Origin: Candidatus Bathyarchaeia archaeon
GTDB taxonomy: Archaea > Thermoproteota > Bathyarchaeia > Bathyarchaeales > Bathycorpusculaceae
Length of the DNA stretch: 64,000 bases
Assembly: GCA_050012755.1 (NCBI GenBank)
Contig: JBEKGO010000001.1
Location: forward strand, 1 to 64,000
Reading direction: 5' to 3'
Part shown: positions 9,506 to 18,645 of the stretch, one piece after another
Numbering within the stretch: the stretch's first letter is position 1
Layout: each line of letters opens with the position of its first letter
Translations under genes and position numbers: made by a program
The notes under the pieces: model-generated
Told to the model about the DNA's origin: nothing
The model's input: the letters and a program-made list of their open reading frames with translations, nothing else
The model's database searches: none

Positions 9506-10789
9506 ATGCGTAAGTTCGCACGAGAGTACGTAGAAAAATACCCCAGCGTCAAAAAGATGAACGATTCCATTACTGGGTCAAGACGCATGGGCAGCGAGAA
9601 AACAGTTTCTAACTACATCAACGGTATAACAAGATTTGTAAAATATATAGGCTATCCAGACCCAGAAACAGCACTCAAAGCCATGCTTGACGGCAAAGTG
9701 GACGCTGGAGCCAAAGTTGACACTTTCATTGATTACGCTTTGGATGAAATGAAAAGAAGCCACACTTCAGTGAGACTCTACGTTTTTGGAGTAAAGAAAT
9801 GGCTTGATCTCAACGGTGTTAAAGTCGAATGGGCTAAAATTGAGTTGCCAACAGCTAACGAAACTACTGAAGACGATAGAGCACCAACAAAAGAAGAAAT
9901 CAAGAGGCTTCTCAGCCATGCCAATGCGAGGGATCGCTTTGTCACTCTAGGCGATAGCAGTAGTGGCTTGAGAATTGGCACGTTTCTAAGTCTCAGAATT
10001 GAAGATGTGGACATGGATTACCCTGACGTTGCTAGAATAACAGTTGAGCGTAAACGTGGCCGTAAATTCTCAAACAGAGGAAGAGCAACTGGACGTTTAT
10101 TTTGCACTTTTATGACACCTGAAGCAAAAGTAGCAATGAAAGAATATTTAATGGAAAGAGAACAAGCTGGAGAAGTATTGACACCTGAGAGCCCATTGAT
10201 AACAGACTATACTAACAGTGGTGCCTTTGTTGATGTAAACGGATATCGGAAAGCCTGGACTAGACTGCTTAAAAGAACAGGATTAGCTCAAAAAACAAAC
10301 TACTTCCATGTTCTACACATTCACACTTTGAGGAAATATTTCAGGTCAAACTGTTTTGGGATTGATGCCTCTTTCCGAGAGAGATGGATGGGTCACAAAG
10401 GCCTATACTTAGACATAAGTTACTTCAAGGCAGAAGAACCCTTGCATCTAGCAGAATATCGCAAAGCAGTTCAAAACTTGAGTGTTTACAATATGCCAAT
10501 AGAAGAAAAGAAGCTGAGAAGCCAAATGCTCTTAGACTTTGCAAAGCTACAGGGATATGAGCCTACTCAACTTAAGAGATTAGAAGAAGTATTGGCAAGG
10601 GCTAGAGACCCAGATGAGGCGATAACGGAATTTCGGAAACTCGGAGATCAAGCGCAGCCTACTCAACAGTCACATGGACAGCCGAAACACATAATCGTCA
10701 AAGGCGATTGTGAGCTTCTCAAAAAACTTGAAGCTGGTTACAGTTTGGTTGAATCCTTGGAAGTTGACAAATTTCTAATGAAAATCTAG
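9506..10789 (+). CDS. int: Tyrosine recombinase/integrase
   Basis: SSGLR, HTLRK, WMGH and downstream Y (DISYF); N-terminal core-binding domain. Confidence 0.92.
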   Translation: MRKFAREYVEKYPSVKKMNDSITGSRRMGSEKTVSNYINGITRFVKYIGYPDPETALKAMLDGKVDAGAKVDTFIDYALDEMKRSHTSVRLYVFGVKKWLDLNGVKVEWAKIELPTANETTEDDRAPTKEEIKRLLSHANARDRFVTLGDSSSGLRIGTFLSLRIEDVDMDYPDVARITVERKRGRKFSNRGRATGRLFCTFMTPEAKVAMKEYLMEREQAGEVLTPESPLITDYTNSGAFVDVNGYRKAWTRLLKRTGLAQKTNYFHVLHIHTLRKYFRSNCFGIDASFRERWMGHKGLYLDISYFKAEEPLHLAEYRKAVQNLSVYNMPIEEKKLRSQMLLDFAKLQGYEPTQLKRLEEVLARARDPDEAITEFRKLGDQAQPTQQSHGQPKHIIVKGDCELLKKLEAGYSLVESLEVDKFLMKI

Positions 10790-10881
10790 TCAAAGAGTGA
10801 TTATGGAACTGTTAGATAACTTGGTAGCCTTCACTTAATTACCAGAGAATACCGAGTTGGCCCTAATGTAACGCAGGTACT

Positions 10882-11331
10882 CTATCTGTTCCTACTAGGG
10901 CTCTTTAGAAGAACCCTTTGTTGTCTTTCTCTAAATGTAACATCATATTTCCTAAAGATAGAGTCTCGTCCTAAGACAACATACGGTATTCTATCCGCTT
11001 CAGTTGGAACATAGGCTGGAAAATTGGGAAAGGTAACAATTGGAGTTGTTCCCTTGAGAATTGATATGTTCACTTTCCTTATTGTATTTTGAAATCTTCC
11101 ACCTGCACCCACAGCTTGCACTTGTGTTTCAACTGGAATGGCAAGCATTTCTGCTAACTCTATTGGAACGAAAGTGGTAGTAGACCCAGAGTCAACAAGT
11201 CCTATAGTTCTTAGCTTTGCGTCCTTGTAAGAGAGTCTGACATGAAGCAAGGGCAATCTAATAGAAACAGGGGGGTTGGTATTTGGCAGACTATAGCTAA
11301 GATACTTACAATTTAGGACTGTATGGGGCAA
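10882..11331 (-). CDS. Retropepsin-like aspartic protease
   Basis: GLVDSGS and VVLGRD motifs. Confidence 0.85.
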   Translation of the reverse strand: MPHTVLNCKYLSYSLPNTNPPVSIRLPLLHVRLSYKDAKLRTIGLVDSGSTTTFVPIELAEMLAIPVETQVQAVGAGGRFQNTIRKVNISILKGTTPIVTFPNFPAYVPTEADRIPYVVLGRDSIFRKYDVTFRERQQRVLLKSPSRNR

Positions 11332-11335
11332 AAGA

Positions 11336-11539
11336 TCACAACAGCATTACTCTGTCTGATGGAACTTTTAGAATAAGAGGCTCGTTATTTGGACATTTAT
11401 CTTGTGCCTCTTTAAAAACAGCTTTTCCATCATCACCGCTGGCCACAATCTTATCTCCAACTACAGCAATCCATTTCCCAATATAGTCACCTAGATTAGG
11501 CATAGACATTAAACACTGAAATTCATTTCTAGTAGGCAT
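11336..11539 (-). CDS. DUF5678-like small protein
   Basis: YIGKWIAVVGDKIVASG...ILKVP pattern, directly upstream of the protease. Confidence 0.75.
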   Translation of the reverse strand: MPTRNEFQCLMSMPNLGDYIGKWIAVVGDKIVASGDDGKAVFKEAQDKCPNNEPLILKVPSDRVMLL

Positions 11540-11572
11540 TTCTATAACCTCTTATCAAATAATGTTGAGCAA

Positions 11573-11773
11573 TCAAGATTGCTTCTCTTCTTGCTTATTA
11601 AACTCTTCTTCCTTATTAGAGTTTTGTGAAGTAGAAATCCAGAGTATCATTGCTTCTTCAACTGCTTCTTTTAAGTTTCCTTTTTTGAACCCTTTGCGTT
11701 TGAATACTTCAGTTCTGAACCTGGCATCAACGTCTCGCTTTACATTAATGTTTAGTTTTCCCATTTTTATCAC
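11573..11773 (-). CDS. Ribbon-helix-helix-like DNA-binding protein
   Basis: KLNINV..DVDARFR...KGNLKEAVEEAM. Confidence 0.7.
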   Translation of the reverse strand: MIKMGKLNINVKRDVDARFRTEVFKRKGFKKGNLKEAVEEAMILWISTSQNSNKEEEFNKQEEKQS

Positions 11774-11944
11774 GATGGCTACATATGTAGATATCTACTT
11801 ATAAATATTACTGCGTCTCTTGATAATACAGAATATTGTACAACAGATAGAAGAGTCAGAACGCTAAACCAAAAGCGTGTTAACCTGCTTATCTAACTCG
11901 TTAAGGATTTTTACTGAGTAAAAAAAGAAAAGGGGAGTAGTTGG

Positions 11945-12163
11945 TCATTTGCCATCCATAGCTTGTATTATTTTATAGAAACGGCGACTTGAAACGAAAC
12001 TTGCAAACAACATTGGAAGAAGCAGTGCAAAGTAGTCTAGGGTTAGTTGAGTTCTCAAAATAAGAGCACCTGAAACCCCCAATGATAATATTAACATCAT
12101 AAAAATCAATGGGAACTCCAATATTCTTCGAATCATAAGATTCCGTTTGGCGCTTTTTTCCAT
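11945..12163 (-). CDS. Small 2-TM membrane protein
   Basis: Two hydrophobic helices. Confidence 0.5.
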   Translation of the reverse strand: MEKSAKRNLMIRRILEFPLIFMMLILSLGVSGALILRTQLTLDYFALLLPMLFASFVSSRRFYKIIQAMDGK

Positions 12164-12176
12164 CCGAGTACACCAC

Positions 12177-12851
12177 CTAAGTAGTTACTTTCAGCATTCT
12201 CTCTCTCAGCGATTCCATGACAAACTCGTTTAGATCAGTGTAGTACCTTGTTTTTGCTAGGTATGCCTTTACGTTCTGCAGGAAGGCTCTAGGAACTTTA
12301 ACAGTTATTGTTTCATACTCGGTTTTTTCAGCTTTCTCGGTACTGAATGGAACATTCTGTTGTGGAAGCCATCTTATACCGCATTTTTGGCAGTAAAAAT
12401 TTTCATCTATGTCTTTCTCTGAGGGTTTCCCATCAACATGAAAGACGTCAAGGAATTTCTCCTTTACTAGCTTTGTTCCACAACCATTCGGACAAAAGAC
12501 TGTTGTGCTTTCTTCTTTTCCAACGCTAGATGCTGTGCTTTGGGGTTCTCCCTCGTGTTTCTCGTCACTTTGGAATTTCTTAGGGGTAATATCCTCTTGC
12601 TCCATCCATCTTTCTAAGTTCCAAGGATCAAAGAAGAATATCCGAGTGTTTTCACTTTGTTTTTCTAAGGCTGCACCATAAAGATAATCTATTGCTGTCA
12701 TCAGTGCATCCACTTGTTTTGTTTCTGGTACTTTCATTAGGATTGGGTTTGCATTCGACCTGATGAGCTAAAGCGCATCTATGAAACCGTGAGTGTACTC
12801 GATTTCTTTCTCAAACATTAAATCCTCAGCGTTCTTTTCTAATTGAGACAT
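12177..12851 (-). CDS. Zn-ribbon + C-terminal RHH protein; N-terminus interrupted by in-frame TAG at 12768-12770
   Basis: CPNGC/CQKC and TITVKVP...DLNEFVMESLR. The upstream in-frame segment reads MSQLEKNAEDLMFEKEIEYTHGFIDAL*LIRS. Confidence 0.6.
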
Positions 12852-13186
12852 TCTTCATTTCTCCTTAGACCCTCGTCAAGAAGCTGTGAGTTTGGCTCTT
12901 TTATCCATGCAAGTTGTTTCTCTTTTGGCAGCATCCTAAGCGCTTGAATACCAATACAGGCCCTACAAGCCTCTGTAGCTAACGCTTTTCGATATCCTGC
13001 GGTGCCTTCTTTGAAGTCTTTCAGGTTCACTGGATCAGGTATTTTTAGGTTAACCATAGTGACGTATGGCTTTTTTGCCCTTATGTTGTGACGGCAGTTC
13101 TTACAAGGTTTCAAGTGTTTCTGAAGTTTTTCTATTGTTTCTAAAATCTCTTCGGGGGTTGATTCTTTTTCTATTTTGGTTGACAT
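12839..13186 (-). CDS. Hypothetical protein with two CxxC motifs
   Basis: CKNC and CRAC; first gene of the leftward operon. Confidence 0.6.
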   Translation of the reverse strand: MSTKIEKESTPEEILETIEKLQKHLKPCKNCRHNIRAKKPYVTMVNLKIPDPVNLKDFKEGTAGYRKALATEACRACIGIQALRMLPKEKQLAWIKEPNSQLLDEGLRRNEECLN

Positions 13187-13280
13187 TTTTTATTTTCTCC
13201 TTAACTGATATATGCTATTATAAGGCAAAAGCTTATAAGATTTACTATAGTAAGATGATAGCGGTTAAAGCCTAAAAGAG

Positions 13281-13451
13281 ATGACTAATAACATGGAAAG
13301 TATGCCAAAACAAAAAGTCACAATAACAGTCGAGAAAACCCTGCTAGATTGGATAGACAAACAAGTACAGAGTTACCGATTCAGAAATACTTCTCATGCT
13401 TTCGAGTATGCGGTAGCTAGGCTAATCGAGTCAGAAAAAGAGAAGGAATAG
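13281..13451 (+). CDS. CopG/RHH regulator (56 aa, below ORF-track cutoff)
   Basis: MPKQKVTITVEKTLLDWIDKQVQSYRFRNTSHAFEYAVARL. Confidence 0.8.
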   Translation: MTNNMESMPKQKVTITVEKTLLDWIDKQVQSYRFRNTSHAFEYAVARLIESEKEKE

Positions 13452-13453
13452 AT

Positions 13454-13915
13454 TTGGCCGAAAAGAAGCAACCGAAAGAAAAGAAAATCAAGTACCCAAC
13501 AGCCGAAATGGTGGTTGCAATTAACCGATACATTCTGACAGGTAAAGATGAAAGTGGTCTGCTATCTCCAGAACAGAAAGCAAAAATTGATAAAATGAAT
13601 GCTAATCTGACCCCCCGAGACCCAGCAAGAATTGACCAAATACTTGACGCTCTGAAAACAATATGGAAAACGGTTCCAGACCAGCGATTAGGCCAACTCC
13701 TATTGAACTATGCCTTTCGAGAAGCTGACCATCGAGATCAGACCTCAATAGAAATGTACGGTCAAGAAGACACTGAAACATTGGAAGCCTTGAAGAAAAT
13801 AGATGCTCAACGTAGGGCAAGAGAAAACGACACTATAGAAGACCTACACGCTGACGATATGCTTACAAGTGGAAAGCCTTGGGTTAAACCAAGACAACGA
13901 AAAAAGAAAGCATAG
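13454..13915 (+). CDS. Hypothetical protein with phage-type RDPxRID...PDxRLGQLL (DUF1040/YihD-like) motif
   Basis: Motif recognised by eye. The N-terminus IKYPTAEMVVAINR resembles a Fic/Doc first helix, but there is no Fic catalytic motif. Confidence 0.55.
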   Translation: MAEKKQPKEKKIKYPTAEMVVAINRYILTGKDESGLLSPEQKAKIDKMNANLTPRDPARIDQILDALKTIWKTVPDQRLGQLLLNYAFREADHRDQTSIEMYGQEDTETLEALKKIDAQRRARENDTIEDLHADDMLTSGKPWVKPRQRKKKA

Positions 13916-13929
13916 TATCAAGTGAGACC

Positions 13930-14727
13930 ATGATTAACCTGTTACCAAATCTCGAAATTTTCCTTACAGAAATACGAGCTCAATCTGAAATGGTGGAAAG
14001 CATCTCAGAGAATAACGGTGTTATAGAAATCAAGCTAAACTATGAGAGCTTTTGCGATCGTAAGAAAGCTTTTCCATTCTTTATAATTGTTGATTCTCTA
14101 AAAAAGAAACTGCAACTTGTAGATCACATTAAACTAGTCGAAACTGGACCCTATCCAGACAAGAAAATCCAGTATGCTGGGCATGAATACCGTATTAACC
14201 TTGCAGCTATCAAAGAAGCCAAACTCAATGATAACCTGAAGACGTTCCTTTCAATTATCAAGAAACGAATGGAGATAGAGAATATCTCCAAGACGAATGC
14301 TGAAATAATTATAACCATTAAGAACGAATTTCTTGTTCATGAAAAGATTTGGCCTTTTATTCATTTTGTCAACTTACTATCAGAGAATCTTGGCATCGAA
14401 CCTGAGTATATGAGACTTGAGGCAACTAAGCCTTGTGTTACGGAAACCACTCGGTATTCTGGAAGAGAGTATCACATCGACCTCGTGCCTCTACATGCTG
14501 AGCGATTAAGATACTTTTTTCACAAAGATATGACTCAAAAAGAAGCTTGCGACAGCATCTTTTTCCTAACTAGCCAGGGCTGGAGCCAAGAACAATTCAA
14601 CGATGTTGGCGTCTCACGTGCGACTTACTTTCGGTATAAATCTAATCTAAAGGAAACTGATAAGACTCAACCTGATAATACCGAGATCAAGAGCCCAGTT
14701 CAACCTCTTTCTAATGCTCTCACCTGA
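13930..14727 (+). CDS. Protein with a tandemly duplicated ~90-aa domain and C-terminal HTH
   Basis: NLxxFL...E(S/N)IS...PF...YxGxEYxIxL occurs twice; GVSRATYFRYK HTH. Confidence 0.65.
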   Translation: MINLLPNLEIFLTEIRAQSEMVESISENNGVIEIKLNYESFCDRKKAFPFFIIVDSLKKKLQLVDHIKLVETGPYPDKKIQYAGHEYRINLAAIKEAKLNDNLKTFLSIIKKRMEIENISKTNAEIIITIKNEFLVHEKIWPFIHFVNLLSENLGIEPEYMRLEATKPCVTETTRYSGREYHIDLVPLHAERLRYFFHKDMTQKEACDSIFFLTSQGWSQEQFNDVGVSRATYFRYKSNLKETDKTQPDNTEIKSPVQPLSNALT

Positions 14728-15298
14728 GACTATCACATTTTCCCACATAATCTGTAAAGAGAACAGTCTAAAACCTAATAGCTGCAGGATCTTACTCTAA
14801 AACTAAATAGATTTAACAATGGATTGGACTTTGCTACATAAATGTGTAATTTCATGGAAAATAGCAAAAACCTATTTCGAAAGGAGCGGAGAATCGATGT
14901 GTTTCTGCCGTCATGTTTTTCGCATGGACTTTTTCCATACAAGACCCTGAAATGACACCAAAAAACCAACTCTAAAAACCTAAATGTGATAGCGAAAGCA
15001 TGGAGCGCCTTATATAGTGTAGCAATAGCTTTTTTATGTGACGACCCGTAAGGAAGCCCATATTAAACTGTACTAGCAGCTCAAAAAGTCAAAATCGCGG
15101 TCGATTTCTATTTCGTGATTGGGGTATGGCATGTTGTTTTATAGGCAATTAATCACTAATTAATTGACTTTAGAAGATCGACATAGCTAACTCAATTTTT
15201 TTGTTTTTGAAAGAAAAATTTCCGTATAGAGACAATTCTACAGCCTAAAACAAACAATCAAGGCTAAAACAAAGCGATAAAGCGATTAACGAAGAGAG

Positions 15299-16348
15299 TT
15301 AAACCTCAAATGATAAAAAAGGTTCATACTTTTTGTATTCTTTTCTCCATTCTTCAGTAGACATACCACTGATAATGTAAGCATCATGTAACCTTGAGAC
15401 AGAATGACCCATCCAATACTCTGCATAGACTTGAGGACATTTACCTTTCACCAATAGCTTCTCAAATCCAGCTCTAAGAGAGTGTGGCCTCATTGGGCAG
15501 TTACCTTTTCCCCATGGCTTCAAAGAAGTATCAACTGAGACTTGCTCTTTCCGTTTGATCTTCTTTGGCTGAAGCATCTTAATGCAGCGTCGGCTAAAGT
15601 ATCTCTCAACTGTTTCTTTCTCAATGGGGAAGATTCTCTCATTAGGTTTTGGTTTTCCTTCAGTCTTGAAGTAATTAGATAGCAAGTCTAAAGCAGAATC
15701 GCCAAGGAAGGTAACGTATTTGATACCAGTTTTCTTTCTCTGCATTGTGAGCATTAGTGGCCGAGTGTTTGATTCAAACTCAACCAGGATGTCACTGTAA
15801 TTTAGACAGAGGATTTCATTCAAGCCTTGACCACTTTGGAATAGAGAACCGCCAAGGGCTTGATACATTGGCTTCATGGGTTTAAAGAATTGGCTGATCG
15901 TCTCAAGTTCCCAAGGTGTTTTAGAGCTGACAGGTTCAGGAGAAGGCAAGCCTATTTTCTTACAAGGGATTCGATACTCATTCTCAAAGGCATCTGAGAC
16001 TAAGCTTCTAATGGCGCCAACGTAAGTATTGATTGTCATAGCAGAAAGAGGTTGACCTTTGACACTCGTGTTATCTAACACTTTCTTGGATTGCTTTAGT
16101 TGCAGCTTCATGTAGTCAATGAATGCGCTCAAGGTTGTAGTTGCTACATGTTGACGCTTACCTAAAGGTAAACTCAAGTCAGTAGCTATTCGATTGATAA
16201 AATCGTCAACTGTTCCTCTGTCTTTATAGAATGACTGAAAGACTGTTAGCCCTGATCGGTAGATGTCTCTTGTTGATTCCTTCTTAATCGAGTCCAGGAA
16301 TCTTTGAGTCCTATCATCAAAAGGTTGCAGTTCTAAAGCTTGAGCCAT
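15299..16348 (-). CDS. Second tyrosine recombinase (divergent)
   Basis: HSLR, WMGH, DAY present; box I reads QSGQGLNE, without the usual Arg. Confidence 0.85.
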   Translation of the reverse strand: MAQALELQPFDDRTQRFLDSIKKESTRDIYRSGLTVFQSFYKDRGTVDDFINRIATDLSLPLGKRQHVATTTLSAFIDYMKLQLKQSKKVLDNTSVKGQPLSAMTINTYVGAIRSLVSDAFENEYRIPCKKIGLPSPEPVSSKTPWELETISQFFKPMKPMYQALGGSLFQSGQGLNEILCLNYSDILVEFESNTRPLMLTMQRKKTGIKYVTFLGDSALDLLSNYFKTEGKPKPNERIFPIEKETVERYFSRRCIKMLQPKKIKRKEQVSVDTSLKPWGKGNCPMRPHSLRAGFEKLLVKGKCPQVYAEYWMGHSVSRLHDAYIISGMSTEEWRKEYKKYEPFLSFEV

Positions 16349-16361
16349 CAGTTCAACTCTC

Positions 16362-16640
16362 TTACTGTTTGGCTAGATTCCAGCCAACGAAAAGAACATC
16401 AGCCAACCCAGTGCCAACGTCCAACGGAAAATCGGGCAGGAGTGTTAGGACTAACAGCACACCAATCACGATCCAAGACCCAGCCGAGATTCCTAAAAAC
16501 TTGCGTCCTGGTTTCCGTCTTGTTACTTTGTGTTTTGTTTTCATCGTTTTCCCTTTCTCTTTCGATGTGGACTTTCGCTTGAGATCAACCAGTATAGAAC
16601 CGATAAACCTGTACCTGTTGTGCCAATGATAATTAACCAC
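16362..16640 (-). CDS. Small basic membrane protein
   Basis: K/R-rich segment followed by a hydrophobic helix; the true start is probably internal (MKTKHK). Confidence 0.45.
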   Translation of the reverse strand: MVNYHWHNRYRFIGSILVDLKRKSTSKEKGKTMKTKHKVTRRKPGRKFLGISAGSWIVIGVLLVLTLLPDFPLDVGTGLADVLFVGWNLAKQ

Positions 16641-16658
16641 CCAGCTATGACATTCAAC

Positions 16659-17147
16659 TTACTTCGCCTCCTGTTGTAGAGTGAAACCAAAGGATTCCAA
16701 ACTTGTCTTTAGAGCTTGCAGTTGTTCTGGGTAAGGCTTTTCTGAAGTTGGGTTCTTCTCTAACTCTTTGGCCTTGTCTTCTGTTTTCATAACTCTGTAT
16801 GTCAGAAGAGGTTGACCGTTTCGAGGATCGCATAAAATAACATCGACTCTTTGCTTGGCAGCGAGAATTGAAAGCCCCTGCACTTGCGCTAACAAATTTT
16901 CGTCTTTAAGTTTACAGGTCCAACTACCCCGAGACAAGTTCTGATTTCCTCTAATCAAGATCGGGTACTTTGTTCTGGGTTCAGGGTCAAGACCTTGCTG
17001 AATGTCAGGATTCGGTGATGAGTGATTTAGGTTTGTGTTAGATAACAAAGCTTTGTTTCTGTGATTCGTGTTTCCATAAGCAACTGATCTAACAGGTCTT
17101 CGCTGGTTGCCATAGTTACTGTTCTTACTTCTGCTCGGATAACTCAA
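16659..17147 (-). CDS. Hypothetical protein
   Basis: 162-aa ORF co-oriented with the second recombinase. Confidence 0.5.
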   Translation of the reverse strand: MSYPSRSKNSNYGNQRRPVRSVAYGNTNHRNKALLSNTNLNHSSPNPDIQQGLDPEPRTKYPILIRGNQNLSRGSWTCKLKDENLLAQVQGLSILAAKQRVDVILCDPRNGQPLLTYRVMKTEDKAKELEKNPTSEKPYPEQLQALKTSLESFGFTLQQEAK

Positions 17148-17492
17148 GTTTTAGCGATCTCCACCTTTGTTGAAATTAGAGAAGGAAAGGGTTGCTTGGC
17201 ACAACAGCCCTTCCCCTCTCTCGCCTTTGCTGGCTATTGCTTGTTGCTTTTCTGACTTTTTGTCAGTGGGAAAATAGGTTCTGGAAATGACAAGGAAAAC
17301 CGCTAGTAGCCTACGGAGAGAGGCAATTGACATTTCCAGAAACCTTGAAAGATATGTTGGGATTACGGAGTGCCTCATGGCTTTGGCTGAGAGTGTCGGC
17401 TGCAAATAAAAAAACTCTTTCCGACCCCAACTCCAGGAGACCTTCCGCAACCCAACACTCTCATTGAGAGTGTGATTACTAACTCGATAAAA

Positions 17493-18407
17493 TAGACTAA
17501 GTAAAAGACTAGTCGGTTTTGAAATTGGGAAAAGAGATTATCAGTTGAAAGGGTTTCTCACGAGGTTTACTCTTGTTTTCATCCATTGCCTTGGGAATAA
17601 CTATGTCCAGTATTTTCTTTATATCGTCATCTGTGAGCAAAGGGACAGTCTCGCTCGGACTAGTGACAATTTGAATCTTTACCAATTCGCAAACTCGTCT
17701 CAATCTTTCCATGGCTTTTTCCTTTTCCAAAGCCATATTAAACAGAGCAGTGTAAATGAATGGCAAGGCAGCAATCGGTTTGGGTTTTGCATCGCTATCA
17801 TCGGTTCGGCTAACGGTATCTTTAATTTTTTTGATAATACCTTTTTTCTGGGATTCATCCCTAAGAGAAGAAACATTGTATTTCTTCTCAACCCTTTCAT
17901 AGAGGTTTTTTGGTTCTTCTATTCCTTCTTTTGCTATTTTTTCCTCAGCTATTTTGAAACCCTCGCTTGTTTCATCCATGGCTGTTTTATATACATTAAA
18001 ATCCAATTGCGCTATTTGTTCAGCAACCTCTGCGTATCTTTCAGGTGAGATTTCAACAGCGACAGAACTTAGCTTTCCCTCTGTTATGTCAGTTTTAAGA
18101 ACAGCTTTTTCTCCTACTGTTTTTGCTTGCTCTGTTTCACGGATTTTGTACCACGGAAGACCTGTTTTGGGGTTTTTGACCTTTTCAACGTACTTATCCT
18201 TAATATTGTTCCAACGAGTTACAAAAGTGCTGTAATTCCACTTGCGTTTAACAACAAATTCATTTTTCATTCCTGTCCAGCCGACATTGATTCTCTTAGT
18301 TATGAAGCTAATGATTTCTGTTTCTTCTGGTCCGATTTTTGGGTCAGTTTCAATGTCTGAAGCCATTTCAATAGTCCCCATTTCCGACTAGTCTGATACT
18401 TAGACTA
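17493..18407. repeat. 24-bp imperfect inverted repeat pair (17493-17516 / 18384-18407) bracketing one gene
   Basis: TAGACTAAGTAAAAGACTAGTCGG vs reverse complement TAGTCTAAGTATCAGACTAGTCGG, 21/24 identical. Confidence 0.75.
17509..18381 (-). CDS. Hypothetical protein, possible N-terminal winged helix (repressor-like)
   Basis: 290 aa; EIISFI...GWT...STF...YVEK...PWY wHTH-like pattern; divergent from an RHH gene. Confidence 0.55.
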   Translation of the reverse strand: MGTIEMASDIETDPKIGPEETEIISFITKRINVGWTGMKNEFVVKRKWNYSTFVTRWNNIKDKYVEKVKNPKTGLPWYKIRETEQAKTVGEKAVLKTDITEGKLSSVAVEISPERYAEVAEQIAQLDFNVYKTAMDETSEGFKIAEEKIAKEGIEEPKNLYERVEKKYNVSSLRDESQKKGIIKKIKDTVSRTDDSDAKPKPIAALPFIYTALFNMALEKEKAMERLRRVCELVKIQIVTSPSETVPLLTDDDIKKILDIVIPKAMDENKSKPREKPFQLIISFPNFKTD

Positions 18408-18453
18408 CATATATAACGCTATCTATCACTGTCTAACGAGGTAATACAAAAAC

Positions 18454-18642
18454 ATGGAAAACAGCGTCTATATTGGAACTCGAATCGAGCTGGAAATCAA
18501 AGAGCTCATCGAGAAAGTCTGCAAGTCAAGAGGCGAAGATGTCAGCGATTTTGTTAGACGATCAGTACGCAAAGAACTCGCATCGATGTCCTACTTACCT
18601 GCAGAAGACAAAAAAGCTCTAGGCATAAAACTGGAGACGTAA
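18454..18642 (+). CDS. RHH/CopG regulator
   Basis: IGTRIELEIKELIEKVC..RGEDVSDFVRRSV. Confidence 0.8.
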   Translation: MENSVYIGTRIELEIKELIEKVCKSRGEDVSDFVRRSVRKELASMSYLPAEDKKALGIKLET

Positions 18643-18645
18643 ACC

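Noticed and set aside
12755-12795. Hammerhead-like CTGATGAG...GAAAC
   Set aside because: GAAA does not follow stem II directly, stems I/III are not evident, and the segment lies in a probable coding frame.
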